A stretch of 63,239 bases of DNA, filler included, from Basidiobolus ranarum (GCA_040143965.1; 37 parts of 37 records of this genome joined end to end with filler, not necessarily neighbours in it); one strand, 5' to 3'. Counted from the whole stretch's first letter, positions 49,692-61,634 are shown. Notes: a model not told the origin generated them from the sequence alone. A program made the numbers and translations.

Positions 49692-50740
49692 CTTCCTGCT
49701 CCTTGAGTACTTCTTTAGCTGCTCTTCTTTCTTTTGCAAGTGGATAATTTCATACATTTTTGAGATGTTTCATCAATAAGCCTATAATAGCCCAATTTCA
49801 TTTTGCTTGCAAAATCCCAGGATAAGCCATGTGAAAGAAACCAAGAACCTTCTGAGTAATGCCTGGTCTTTGGTTTTTCATGATTGTCTCAAATCCAGGT
49901 GATTTTGGGCAAGATTTTGCACAATTTCCAAAATGTTAAACCACTCATTATTAGAGCAAGTGACAGCAGCTCTGACATTCAAAGTCTTTTGGTTTGCTGG
50001 TTTTCCTATGAGATTTCTACTTTCATGTGCCCAAGCAATTTTGGGTCGTAATGTAGGCTTAATTGTCCAACACATATTCTGCTCTGCTAGATAGTCACAG
50101 TGATGTTTATATGTATGGTGTGAGATTGATTGAAATCCGGTATGAGAATGGATGGAGGCAGCAGCATATTGCTGTAGCTCAAGTACAGCATTCTGAAGGT
50201 CTTGTATCATTATTGAGTGACTCTCTAATTGATGACTAGTTGCTTCCAAATCCTGCATTAATTGCAATGTTGCAACATTATGGCTTGTCATGGCCTCTAT
50301 AGCAACTTTGTAGTTTTTCCTTATGATTGCATACAAATCATTACAGTGTTCTGCCGGTGAATCCTTTGTTGTAATAATTCCATCCAAATTTTCTACAAAG
50401 GGTTGTTCATTAGTGGGCAAAGTAGCCATTTTGGAAGTTGATGGTCGTGATGGTGTTTTGATTATACTTTAATCAACTAACAATTTACTATGTAATTGGG
50501 GGACTACAAGCTCTTCACTTGCACTATCACAGGAAAGGAGCACATCTGGTAAATTGATTAATGCTTCATCATTACTTAAGGTAGTTTTTGGCATATTAAT
50601 TCCTTCCAAAGTGCATAGTGGATTGCTAGACTGCTCATCAATTAGGTCCTCTGTTCTTGCTGGTTTTCTTCCTTTTGTGCCAGCCGGCTTTGACTTGGAA
50701 GCCAATTTTGATTTAGATTTGAGTGCTTTTTGAATGGCAG
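49692..50740 (-). pseudogene. CMC accessory ORF2 (N-terminal and middle part)
   Basis: ORFs 50469..50804 and 49878..50429 in one frame; homologous to 36800-37545. Confidence 0.6.
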
Positions 50741-50949
50741 TGAAATTTTCAGATAGTAAGCTTGGTATAATGAAATTGCTTAGAAATAGCTTATGATAAA
50801 CCAAAATTGCGATCCATTACCAGAAATATCTGATAAATCCCCTGATGACTCATCTGTGGCACCATTTCAGAATCAGCTGCTGATATTTATGGGCTATACC
50901 TAAAATACCACCATTATGTAGGAGGTGTTTTTTTCTACAATACCCTTCT

Positions 50950-51298
50950 CACACCACAATATAAATGTTTAAAGAAGCCTTGCAATTATGGTCAAAAATT
51001 CTTGTGGTATGAAAGCCAGAGGCTTCATAGAAAAAATAATCACAAGCATAGTCACTGTACACAGCCACCAGCCACACAAAGCCTGATGTATAACAACTGT
51101 AATAAGTGCACTAAATTAACTTCAGTATTACCCATTAAGTCCACTGACTGTAGTTTGCCTCAAAGTTTAGGCAACACTGCCAAAAGTTTACATACCTTGA
51201 AGTTACCACAGCTATATGACCAGAATGATATAGGTCAAAATGCAACTTTGGTCAAACCAGTAAGTCCAGACAACTCTGAGGACTTGCTGCTAGATGTT
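50950..51298 (+). pseudogene. CMC transposase N-terminus
   Basis: Homologous to 36212-36586. Confidence 0.65.
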
Positions 51299-51398
51299 NN
51301 NNNNNNNNNNNNNNNNNNNNNNNNNNNNNNNNNNNNNNNNNNTTAATTAATTAANNNNNNNNNNNNNNNNNNNNNNNNNNNNNNNNNNNNNNNNNNNN

Positions 51399-52490
51399 TT
51401 GCTTGTTCCAATTTTAGCTTTTTGGCAAAATTCCTTTTTCTGCAATCTTTGATAATCTGGCCTGGTGTCTTGCAATACTTGCAGATTATTGATTACCTAT
51501 TAGGGGCACCATTATTGAAGCCTGTTGGACATTTTACAGCTCCAAAAAATGCATATTTGGCATTATTTTGCTGAGAATTAGATCTCCTTAATTACTCATT
51601 CAAAAGCCTAGCATCAATACCTACCATTGTTAATGGCTCTGATCTTGATTCTAGGGCACTTATGAAGCTCCCAAACCTGTCTGGCAGGCTCCCAAGCAGT
51701 GTCTTGACTAAGTCATCTTCTTTTAGAGGTGTTCCAATGGATGAGAGCTGATCAGCCATAGTTTTTATCTGAATTATATGATTAAGCATAGAAACATCAT
51801 ATTTCATCTCAATCATGAGAAATTTTCACCTTAGACATAGCCTGTTAGCCAGATTTTGGTCTCTTATATTCCCTCCAGTGTTTCCCAAGCATTTTGGATG
51901 TTTTTAGCCAATTATTAAGTGCCCTAATTGAGCATCTGCAAGATTTGAGAATCTCTGAGATGTAGGCAAGGTGTATAGAGTGCCTTCCTCTGCTTCTTGT
52001 GAAAGGCAAGGATAGCTCCTGGTGGTCCCTTTGGCTCTATTTCTTCTCCTGTAACAAATCCCCAAAGGTCCTTTTCTTCTAGCACCATTTGCTTCTTGAA
52101 CTTCCAATGGTGAAAGCTTTCACTATCAAGCTTCTTTGTGAATGCAAAAACATTGGTAATAGTACTGGTAGATATTCCTTTAACAGCTAGCTTGGGGCTC
52201 TTAACCTGATAAAAGTGTTGAGGGGATTTGGAAGTGTTTTGGACAAGATTTGGATTTGTGGATTAGACACTTATGTTTTATTGAATTGAATATGTCCAAT
52301 TTATAGTTTACTCTAAAAAGAAATAATGGACCTGCTTAGATCACAACAAACATGCCTGTTAAGCATGGGTGAAAATTTAAGGTGATTTGGAGAAGTTTTG
52401 AGAACATGGTGAAAATTGGCAAAAGCAATCTAAATGATATTTCTATCAATTACTACTAAATGATGAGTTGCTATTTACCTAATGTCAACA
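51399..52490 (-). mobile_element. Copia family B 5' end: LTR 52207-52490, PBS variant 52195-52206, decayed gag with zinc knuckle
   Basis: Colinear with 57197-58124; CKYCKTPGQIIKDC. Confidence 0.92.
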
Positions 52491-52813
52491 GTAAATTTAC
52501 CTTCAATGAGACTTGATTCATTGACTGATCACTTAGCAAATCATATGATCTAATCTCACATATACATAGCACTAAGAGAGATCCATTTAATTAATTTCTA
52601 GAGGTTATATTGAGGGATCCTTAGTAGCTACAAGACTTGTTCCATTTTATTGAGCAGTATCAGGCTAGCTAAAAATTTGCTAGTATAAATTGAAACAATT
52701 GGGTTTCATCAAGCACTATGTTGCTTACTAATTCACAAACAGTAGTTTTACATATGTGGTATATGTAGAAAAAGAGCTTTTCTGCATTATTGCACATTCA
52801 AAAGATGATGAAA

Positions 52814-53005
52814 CCCTAACAGAAATTTGAGGATTATTATCGTAGGAAAACCATCACAATTTTAATCCATTTGGGGTTGACCGTTTACTTACCTTCATAA
52901 AATCGTCAAGTTAGATTTGATTTTAATCAATTTTTTCAGTTTCAGGAGTGAAATTTCAAGATCTCGCAAAATAGTTGCAAATGATTGGCTAAAATCTCAG
53001 AGAAC
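52814..53005 (-). mobile_element. CMC terminus A
   Basis: CCCTAACAGAAATTTGAGG... Confidence 0.85.
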
Positions 53006-53186
53006 NNNNNNNNNNNNNNNNNNNNNNNNNNNNNNNNNNNNNNNNNNNNTTAATTAATTAANNNNNNNNNNNNNNNNNNNNNNNNNNNNNNNNNNNNNNN
53101 NNNNNCATGGAAATCTTCCCCATTGAATGTTGGAATATTAGTAATCTCCTTGTGGGAAGAAGACTCTAAATCACTTGCTGCTACCA

Positions 53187-53503
53187 TGTTGGAGGATCTT
53201 GACATAATGGGGGTAGACTTTGAGTATTAGAAGCAACTTATGATAGTGTGTTTTTAGTTACTTTAGTCCTAAGAGTATATGGTGACCTATATAGTTGAAA
53301 AGCAAATCAATTGTTTGAGTTATTCAGGAGTTTGTGTAATAAGATATAATGATAAGTGGTGGTAATAAGACATACGTGTTATATAGATATAGAGATATTC
53401 CTCTTTAGAATATAGGGGCCAGAGATATGTTGCTCTCTGTTCCTGATTTATTTTTCATAAGTAAAGTTAACTATGATGTCAAATAAAGCTTAATTATCCA
53501 ACA
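53187..53503. mobile_element. Family D LTR (317 bp)
   Basis: Reverse complement of 12301-12617. Confidence 0.8.
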
Positions 53504-54029
53504 CCAACACATACAATGGTGTTATATGTAAAAGATCTTCATAGATCTGAGCTCCATAAGATAGCCGTTCAAATTCTGAAATTGAAGGCTTCAAGATGCT
53601 CTCTATAATTACTGGTGATTTAGATCCAGATATAATTGATAATATCTAAATTCTATGACTATTATACTATTCATTTGGAAGAAGATTTGAGTTAATTAAG
53701 TTTATTGGCCAGCAGGCCCTTGTTATGGTATATTGTCTTGTGAGAAATCAACCAGAGCCAATGGAAATGCATGATCATATTTGTTCTCAAAGAAGCCTTG
53801 ACTTTTTAGATTCTGGTAATGCAATCCATCAAGTATATTGGCAATTCCATCATCTCCACTGTAAGTACTTCAGTCCTTGATCAATCATCTATATCTGGGC
53901 AATTTCATCACAACTGTAAGATTAGGAATCAATGATATGTAAGCCAAATATAAACAATATTGATCAGATTCAATGATTGCTAATTGTGTGCAAACAGCCC
54001 ATGACTCTAGACTTTTTGACCATATTGGA

Positions 54030-54712
54030 GTGCATGTTCAAGATGTTGCAAAATAGTTGCGCATGATTGGCCAGAATCTCAGAAAACTGTGGATCAACAT
54101 ATGTGCAAAAATGTAACTCAAGTTTGGCACATTTACCACTTGAATGCTAATTTGTCACCTTTGAAATTTCTAGTTTCTTTGATATATTCTTCTGAATATT
54201 TTTTAAGAGTGCTTCATGCCAAAGGTTCAGCTTATATCCAACACAAGTTTGTATCAATATCTCCATTGAAGCTTACCATTGTATTAGTGCTGCTAAATAA
54301 ATACTTTTCAAGCCATCTGGTGGAAACCCTGCAACTCTAGCTACTCTGAATCAAGTTCTTCCCAGATATATGCATGGTGAACAATACCTTAGAAGAAATT
54401 GGAGGATTGTTGTAGCTGGAAGGCCATCACAATTTTAATACTTTTGAAATGGCTGTTTACTTGCTATCTTAAAATTGTCAGTTTAGATTGCATTTTATTC
54501 AATTTTTTCAGTTTCTGGAGTTAACTTTGATGATCTCTTAAAGTAGTTGCACATGATTGGCTACAATCTCAGAAAACTATGGATCAACACATGTGCAAAG
54601 AATGTAACAAAAATATTGACATTTACCACTTGACTACTAATTTGTCATCTTTGAAATCACTAGATTTTTCAAATTATTCTCCTATATATTTTCATAGAGC
54701 TCTTCAAACCCA
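54030..54712 (-). mobile_element. Two decayed CMC terminus-A subterminal copies in tandem
   Basis: Both halves match 2030-2580 in reverse. Confidence 0.7.
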
Positions 54713-54812
54713 NNNNNNNNNNNNNNNNNNNNNNNNNNNNNNNNNNNNNNNNNNNNTTAATTAATTAANNNNNNNNNNNNNNNNNNNNNNNNNNNNNNNN
54801 NNNNNNNNNNNN

Positions 54813-55342
54813 GATATTACGCATCATTATGTTAGCGAAGCAATAGAGAATGATAAAATTGAACTTGTCTATTGCCCTACTGAAGAAATGATAGCTGATA
54901 TCTTAACCAAACCTTTGGCTAAAGCACAATTTGTTTATTTAAGATATAAGTTAGGTTTAAGAGAAATACAAAATAAATAGTTGAGTGTGAATGTTGAAAT
55001 TAGGTAAATAGCATCTAATTATTTAGTAGTTAGTTTATTCATATTTTGATTATTTAACACTCAATTCTGTCTTTCAAAAACCTGTGTTTATTGCTCTAAT
55101 TGACAGAAATATCAATTAGATCACTTTTACCAATTTTCACTATGTTCTCAAAACTTCTCCAAATCACCTCAAATTTCACTCATGTTTAACAGGCATGTTT
55201 GTTATGATCTAAGCATGTCCAATAGTTCTATTTCAGAGTAAACTATAAATTGGACATATTCAATTCAATAAAACCTAAGTGTCCAATTCACATATCCAAA
55301 TATTTTCCAAAACACTTCCAAGTCCCATGACCACTTTGTTCA
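54813..55342 (+). mobile_element. Copia family B 3' end with LTR 54992-55342
   Basis: YCPTEEMIADILTKPL then TGTTGAAATTAGG. Confidence 0.92.
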
Positions 55343-55409
55343 ATAATCTACTAATAGCAGAGTACCATTTGCAGTGGATCAATATGACAACATTAGAATC
55401 ATAACAGTA

Positions 55410-55800
55410 GATTGGAAGTTCAAGAAGAATTCAACAGCTGTATAGTATACTCTTTGTTATTGGCAAACATTGGTCCACTCATAACACTTACAGTAAAGGA
55501 AGCAGCTTTGATTGTTGAGGTGTGGAGAGTTCAATTCAATCTTAGCAACCAGGTGTTTTTTAGTTTTTGTATACTTTTACCACAGCTGATTGGCAACGGT
55601 TGCTTGCCAAAGACCTGGTTCAACTGGAAACCACTTGTCAATTGTATAACTTATAATCTGTTACTAATCAAACTACCTTTAGGTCCAAATGGTTAATTAG
55701 CTTTCACCATTGATTCTGAAAAACCTGAAGTCATGTAATGTTTGCCACCAATTGGCAATCAGTGATTCAGGTAAATATCATTCATTTTTGACACACATAC
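55410..55800 (+). pseudogene. CMC transposase N-terminal domain fragment
   Basis: WRVQFNLSN..F...LPKTWF...KLPLGPNG*LAFT resembles the CACTA CPNGCxxF cysteine region. Confidence 0.65.
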
Positions 55801-55821
55801 ATTAATTCCGGATCTTAAAGT

Positions 55822-56418
55822 TGATAAAAGTGTTTAGGGGATTTGGAAGTGTTTTGCACAAGATTTGGATATGTGAATTAGACATTGAAGTTTTATTGAA
55901 TTGAATATGTCCTATTTATAGTTTACTATGAAATAGGACTATTGGACATGCTTAGATCATAACAACCATGCCTGTTAGACATGAGTGAAATTTGAGGTGA
56001 TTTGGAGAAGTTTTGAGAACATAGTGAAAATTGGTAAAAGTGATCTAATTGATATATCTGTCAATTAGAGCAATAAACACAGGTTTTTGAATGACAGAAT
56101 TGAGTGCTAAATAATCAGAATATGAATAAACTAACTACAAAATAATTAGTTGCTATTTATCTAATTTCAACATTCACATTCAACTATTTATTTTGTATTT
56201 CTCTTAAACCTAACTTATATCTTAATAATTTAAATTGTGCTTTAGCCAAAGGTTTGGTTAAGATATCAGCTATCATTTCTTCAGTAGGGCAATAGACAAG
56301 TTCAATCATATCATTCTCTATTGCTTCTCTAACAAAATGATGCCTAATATCATTATTTTTTGTGATAGCATGAAATGTAGGGTTTTTAGCTAATGAAAGA
56401 CAACTTTGATTATCTTCA
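55822..56418 (-). mobile_element. Copia family B 3' end with LTR 55822-56172
   Basis: Inverted near-copy of 54813-55342. Confidence 0.92.
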
Positions 56419-56518
56419 NNNNNNNNNNNNNNNNNNNNNNNNNNNNNNNNNNNNNNNNNNNNTTAATTAATTAANNNNNNNNNNNNNNNNNNNNNNNNNN
56501 NNNNNNNNNNNNNNNNNN

Positions 56519-57047
56519 ATAGTTTTGCATTGTTTTTTTCTCCTACAACAGTGTCCCAAAGTCCTTTTTCTTGCAGCAGCATTTTCATTTTAATTTTCCA
56601 AACTTGATAATTGGTTCCATCCAATTTTTCAGAAGAAGGAAAAGTTACATAAATTTGAGAAGTAGACATTACAGGGAGGGCAAGCTTGGGGCTCATAACC
56701 TATTAAAGTATTTGGGAGCCTGTTGGAAGTGGTTTGGAGAATTAGAGGAATTGGTGGTTTTTACTTATTGACTTATTGAGTTGAAAGTTGACATTTACAG
56801 TTTTGTCAAGATGTAAACAAACAAACATGTAGGATCAGTTAAGGAAGGTCCCAGGAACATGTGTTCAAAGTTTGGGGCTTCTAACACAAGTTTGAAAAAT
56901 CTATATATCTGAGAACTTGTAAGTTGGTAAAATATTCCAAATAAATTCCAATAGAGAATAGTGGATAACAACATGGTGAGTTATAAAATAACTAAGTACT
57001 AAGCTATATATGACTCTATAGTTGTTTAGGCAAAGCAAATTTCAACA
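56519..57047 (-). mobile_element. Copia family C 5' end: LTR 56701-57047, PBS 56689-56700, gag start
   Basis: EKLDGTNYQVWKIKMKMLLQEKGLW; GGTTATGAGCCC. Confidence 0.92.
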
Positions 57048-57196
57048 AGAAAAAGATTAGTTAATCAACACCTTCCCTTGATTCTTATATAGCATTATGT
57101 TTATTTTCAAAAATGTCTATGCCTGCTTTTACTTTTCAAAGCTTGAAGTTGTGAGTGGTTATGTCAATAAATCTTCAAGCTTCCTTGAGTAATGCT

Positions 57197-58124
57197 TGTT
57201 GAAATTAGGTAAATGGCAACTCATTATTAGGTAGTTAGTTTATTCATATGCTGATTATTTATCACTCAATTCTGTCATTCAAAAACGTGTGTTTATTGCT
57301 CTAATTGATTGAAATATCTATTAGATCACTTTTACCAATTTTCACTATTTTCTCAAAACTTCTCAAAATCACCTCAAATTTTCACGCATGCTTAACAGGC
57401 ATGTTTGTTATGATCTAAGCACATCCAATAGTTCTATTTCATAGTAAACTATCAATAGGACATATTCAATTCAATAAAACTTAAGTATCTAGCTCACAAA
57501 TCCAAATCTTGTCCAACACACTTCCAAATCCCCTAAACACTTTTATCAGGTTATGAGCCCTGAGCTAACTGTTAAAGGATTGTCTACCAGTACTATTACC
57601 AATGTTTTTGCATTCACAGAGAAGTTATATGGTGAAGACTTTCACCTTTGGAAGTTCAAGATTCAAATGGTGCTAGAAGACAAGGACCTTTGGGGATTTG
57701 CTACAGGAGAAGAAATAGAGCCAAAGGGACCACCAGAATCTATCCTTGCCTTTCACAAGAAGCAGAGGAAAGCACTCTCTACACTTTGTCTACATCTCAG
57801 AGATTCTCAATTGTGGCACATACAATCAGCCAAAAATGTCCAAAATGCTTGGGAAACACTTGAGAGACTGTATGAGACTAAAGGTCTGGCTAATAGGCTA
57901 TATTCTTAGCTGTAAATTGTTCTCAATTCAGAAGAATCATCATGATTCTATGCTTAATCATATAAATTGGATAAAAACTATGGCAGATCAGCTCTCATCC
58001 ATTGGAGCACCTCTAAATGAAGATGACTTAGTCATGACACTACTTGAGAGCCTGCCAGACAAGTTTGGGAACCTCATATTTGCCCTATAAGCAAGATCAG
58101 AGCCTTTGACAATGGAATATGTTG
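57197..58124 (+). mobile_element. Copia family B 5' end: LTR 57197-57548, PBS GGTTATGAGCCCTG 57549-57562, frameshifted gag
   Basis: TG...CA LTR of 352 bp; FHLWKFKIQMVLEDKDLW. Confidence 0.94.
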
Positions 58125-58224
58125 NNNNNNNNNNNNNNNNNNNNNNNNNNNNNNNNNNNNNNNNNNNNTTAATTAATTAANNNNNNNNNNNNNNNNNNNN
58201 NNNNNNNNNNNNNNNNNNNNNNNN

Positions 58225-58513
58225 TTGTGAGATAGGAGACGGCACTTTTGAAGTCCTCTACTCTCTGGGCGGGGTCCTCCAGATATCTTGGAAGACCTTC
58301 ACTTTCACCTTGGTAAGCAGCATCAAAAGCTAAAGCAATAAACTCAAGGTTACATAATTTCTCAGCGTCAAGACCAGCAGTATGCTCCTTAACACCTCCA
58401 CCAGGATGGCCAATGACAATAGCGGCGTGCTTACTAGGTTGAGTATCTTCAGGAAGATAAAGGTTTCCGGCAAGCTTGATACCCTGGCTTTGGAAAGTTA
58501 CTTTGCTTGGCAT
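58225..58513 (-). CDS. Alpha/beta hydrolase (YcjY/dienelactone-hydrolase-like), N-terminal part
   Basis: [18 protein letters not shown]...[10 protein letters not shown]...[25 protein letters not shown]. Confidence 0.9.
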
Positions 58514-58986
58514 GTTTAAATGTATATGATAGTTCTACTCTTCAACAATCGACTGGTAGTGTATTTATATCAGTCAACAAACAATATTCAGATATTTTTT
58601 GAGAATTTGGAGAATTTCAGATTATTATAAAAGATTAATCAAGTATTCTTCATGAGATTTCTAATGATGTTATCATTAATTCAAAATGATTAAAATAATT
58701 TTCCGTTTAACCGTGATGGATAAGCAGTGATGGATAAGCAGTGATGGAATTTCCGCAGTTATCAAAGTTCTATTATTTCCAGTCTATCATAGCTTTTTAT
58801 AGAAAATTCAGTATTCCATATCCCTCTCGTCATATTCTTGTCTAACTTCAAGTACTTTGGCAAATATTTTGTTGAAGTGATTTATTTATATCTATCTCTT
58901 TGACTATTTTTGCATATATGCTAACTATGATTGTATGCGCAAAATATATCAGTGAATTCTTAAACAGATATCTTAGGTATTTCTAG

Positions 58987-59079
58987 TGAAAACTGATTTT
59001 GAATAAAAACTTGCTAAATCACAGCAGATTGATGAAAACTGATTTTGAATAAAAACTTGCTAAATCACAGCAGATTGAT
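58987..59079. repeat. Perfect 46-bp tandem duplication
   Basis: TGAAAACTGATTTTGAATAAAAACTTGCTAAATCACAGCAGATTGA x2. Confidence 0.95.
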
Positions 59080-59929
59080 TAATGTTACGAAAGCAAGAAA
59101 TTGATGTGTGGTATTCACATTAATCAACCAAGTAAACACTTTGATTATTTACAGCATTAAATATCTTTTGGGACTATGTTTGGCTCCGTAATTCTGGTAG
59201 AGTAGGGTGCTCTTAGTTAGCATTGTAGTGCCAGCATACCAACAAAAACACAATGTATAAAAGAGGTGATAGTATAAGTAATAAGAGAGATTCTGGGACA
59301 AGTGTGCTTTAACCATATGCGCTCTTACTGGAATGAGCTTATTCTTAACCTACTTTGGCTAATCAAATGCCCCGATTTTGCACTCTTACCGAAAGAGTAG
59401 CATGGGCTAATAGGTAGGGTTAATAGGTAGGGCTAATAGGTAGTACAAGCAGTAGGAAAAGTGCAGTCTTACCAGAATGGCTTTAACCCTAAACCATTTT
59501 TACCAATCAAATGGTCTGATTTTGTACTCTTACCGAAAGGGCAGCACGGCATAAATGGTGGTTAAAAAACTACTAATTACAACAAAATACCCACTTTTTT
59601 GACCAATATACTTGCTTTAATACTTGTTTTAAAAATCCCCTTTAAAAAATTTCTGTTCATTAATACTTTATTTAAAAGTCCCTTTTAAAGAAGTTCTGTT
59701 CTTAAGTACCCTCTACCCGAGAATGCTCCCATCTACCTTAACTTTCGCAGCGGTTCTTCAAGCAACAGGTGTTGAAATCAACATGTACAGTGTCTGAGCC
59801 GTAGCAGCCAGGTGGACCACCGGGTCCTCNNNNNNNNNNNNNNNNNNNNNNNNNNNNNNNNNNNNNNNNNNNNTTAATTAATTAANNNNNNNNNNNNNNN
59901 NNNNNNNNNNNNNNNNNNNNNNNNNNNNN

Positions 59930-60184
59930 TAGCGTTCAAGTGGTAATTGTGTAAAATTTGAGTTACGTTTTTTGCACATGTGTTGATCCATAGTTCTCTG
60001 AGATTTTAGCCAATCATTTGCAACTATTTTGTGAGATCTTAAAATTTCACTCCTAAAACTGAAAAAATTGATTAGAATCAAATCTAACTTGATGTTTTTA
60101 TGATGGTAAGTAAAAGGTCAACCCCAAATGGATTAAAATTGTGACGGTTTTCCTATGATAACAATCCTCAAATTTCTGTTAGGG
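59930..60184 (+). mobile_element. CMC terminus A inserted in another CMC copy
   Basis: Ends ATTTCTGTTAGGG at 60184. Confidence 0.85.
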
Positions 60185-61195
60185 TGATGTTTCTCACCAA
60201 GAGGTCTGTTTTGCAACTTTCCTAGAAATACCATCAAATTATATACAAACAAATTAGTCCAAATTATAGAGATACTTACTCTGCATCCATGGATTGGGCT
60301 TTGCTGCTGTTATTGTGCTCAAACAATGCAAAAACCCATGAGCACATTGAAAAGAGCCCTTAGTTGGCAGGTTAATTTACTCTGGAGTCTCCTTAACCAT
60401 TGCATTACATCTATCACTGATTTTGTTGATACATTGTTTATTCAATTAGCATATCATAATACTGACAATTTCACACAAGCATCATTTCACCACAGGTGAA
60501 CTCCATTGGGAACTCCCAGAATGTATAGCAAGCACCTATAATCTAATGTATAGCAAGTGCCTATAATCTCTAAGCATTGCAAAAGATAGAGCAGGGAATG
60601 TATTGAATACCGGCATAGATTCAGTCTATCTTCTTTAAACCTATAATAAAGTTTTTCATATCTAATTACAAAAACTTTGCACAGTTGCTATATCTGCCTG
60701 AGATCTGCCTATGTAAGTTGATGCCATAAGAATATATTAACAATATCCTCAAACAACTCCCAATATTCCCAATACTTATCAGGCAGAAATCTTTTCAAGA
60801 TTCCATTTGAGTATATATAATTCAATACTTCCAGTCTTTGCATTTGAATACATGCCTAGATGAGTGGATGTTGATGGGAGTCCTGGTAAAATATAATAGT
60901 ATCTTGATGTTTTCAAGCATTTTCAATTGATTCAAACTTTGATCCTATCTTGAATGGCTCATTCATATTGAATATTACAGTATATAGCTGAGTAAGAAGT
61001 ATTGGAATGTTGTTGAATAGTAAGTGCATAGTGCCTAATGGGAAGCTATGGCTCCAGCTGATCCTATTTAGCCATATAATCTTAGGCTTATGGCTAATAC
61101 CAAGTTTGATGTTAGACTGACTATTTGGTCAATTAATATCAGTGATCATGTTGAAATCTGACTGGGCTCTTGATGGTAAAATCATGGACTTTAGA
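60185..61195 (-). pseudogene. CMC/EnSpm transposase catalytic region, decayed
   Basis: SFPLGTMHL, RTPINIH..FKCKDW, YEKLYYRFKEDRLNLCRYSIHSLL, TFWEFPME. Confidence 0.88.
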
Positions 61196-61425
61196 CTTGT
61201 TTTTAGATAGTAGTAATGCATATGCCTGATAGAGTTGACTCTATTGGTTGAACCAAATCTACAGCAAGATAGTGAATTGCGCCCGCAGAAACCTCTAAGT
61301 TTACTAATGGCAGGAGCATCACCAATTCATACAATGCTATGAATTTTAATAAAATATTCACCCATATGAACCCCATTAGATAACAGTTCAAATTCACTAT
61401 CACAGGCTCCAAGAAGCTATCTATA

Positions 61426-61534
61426 TGTTGAAATTATTTAGGGAGAAATATTGGTCTGGCCAGGAATTGAACCTGGGACCTCCTTCACTCTAGCAAGGTG
61501 CTCTAACCACTGAGCTACCAGTCCTTGTATGCTA
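61426..61534. mobile_element. LTR-like terminus with complete embedded tRNA-like sequence (copy 3)
   Basis: Starts TGTTGAAATT like Copia B and C LTRs; shared boundary with 18716 and 20341. Confidence 0.75.
61452..61524 (-). ncRNA. tRNA-derived 73-nt cloverleaf with A and B boxes, non-canonical anticodon arm
   Basis: GGACTGG TA GCTC AGTGGTTA GAGC A CCTTG CTAGAGT GAAGG AGGTC CCAGG TTCAATT CCTGG CCAGACC A. Confidence 0.8.
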
Positions 61535-61634
61535 NNNNNNNNNNNNNNNNNNNNNNNNNNNNNNNNNNNNNNNNNNNNTTAATTAATTAANNNNNNNNNN
61601 NNNNNNNNNNNNNNNNNNNNNNNNNNNNNNNNNN

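Noticed and set aside
15458-59829. Host genes and TEs as a gene cluster or operon-like system
   Set aside because: They lie on separate contigs ordered by length; only within-contig adjacency (ING-GST, NOG1-ARL8) is real
1620-61634. Regularly spaced TTAATTAATTAA palindrome as a CRISPR-like or biological array
   Set aside because: Always embedded in 44+44 N; an artificial six-frame-stop linker
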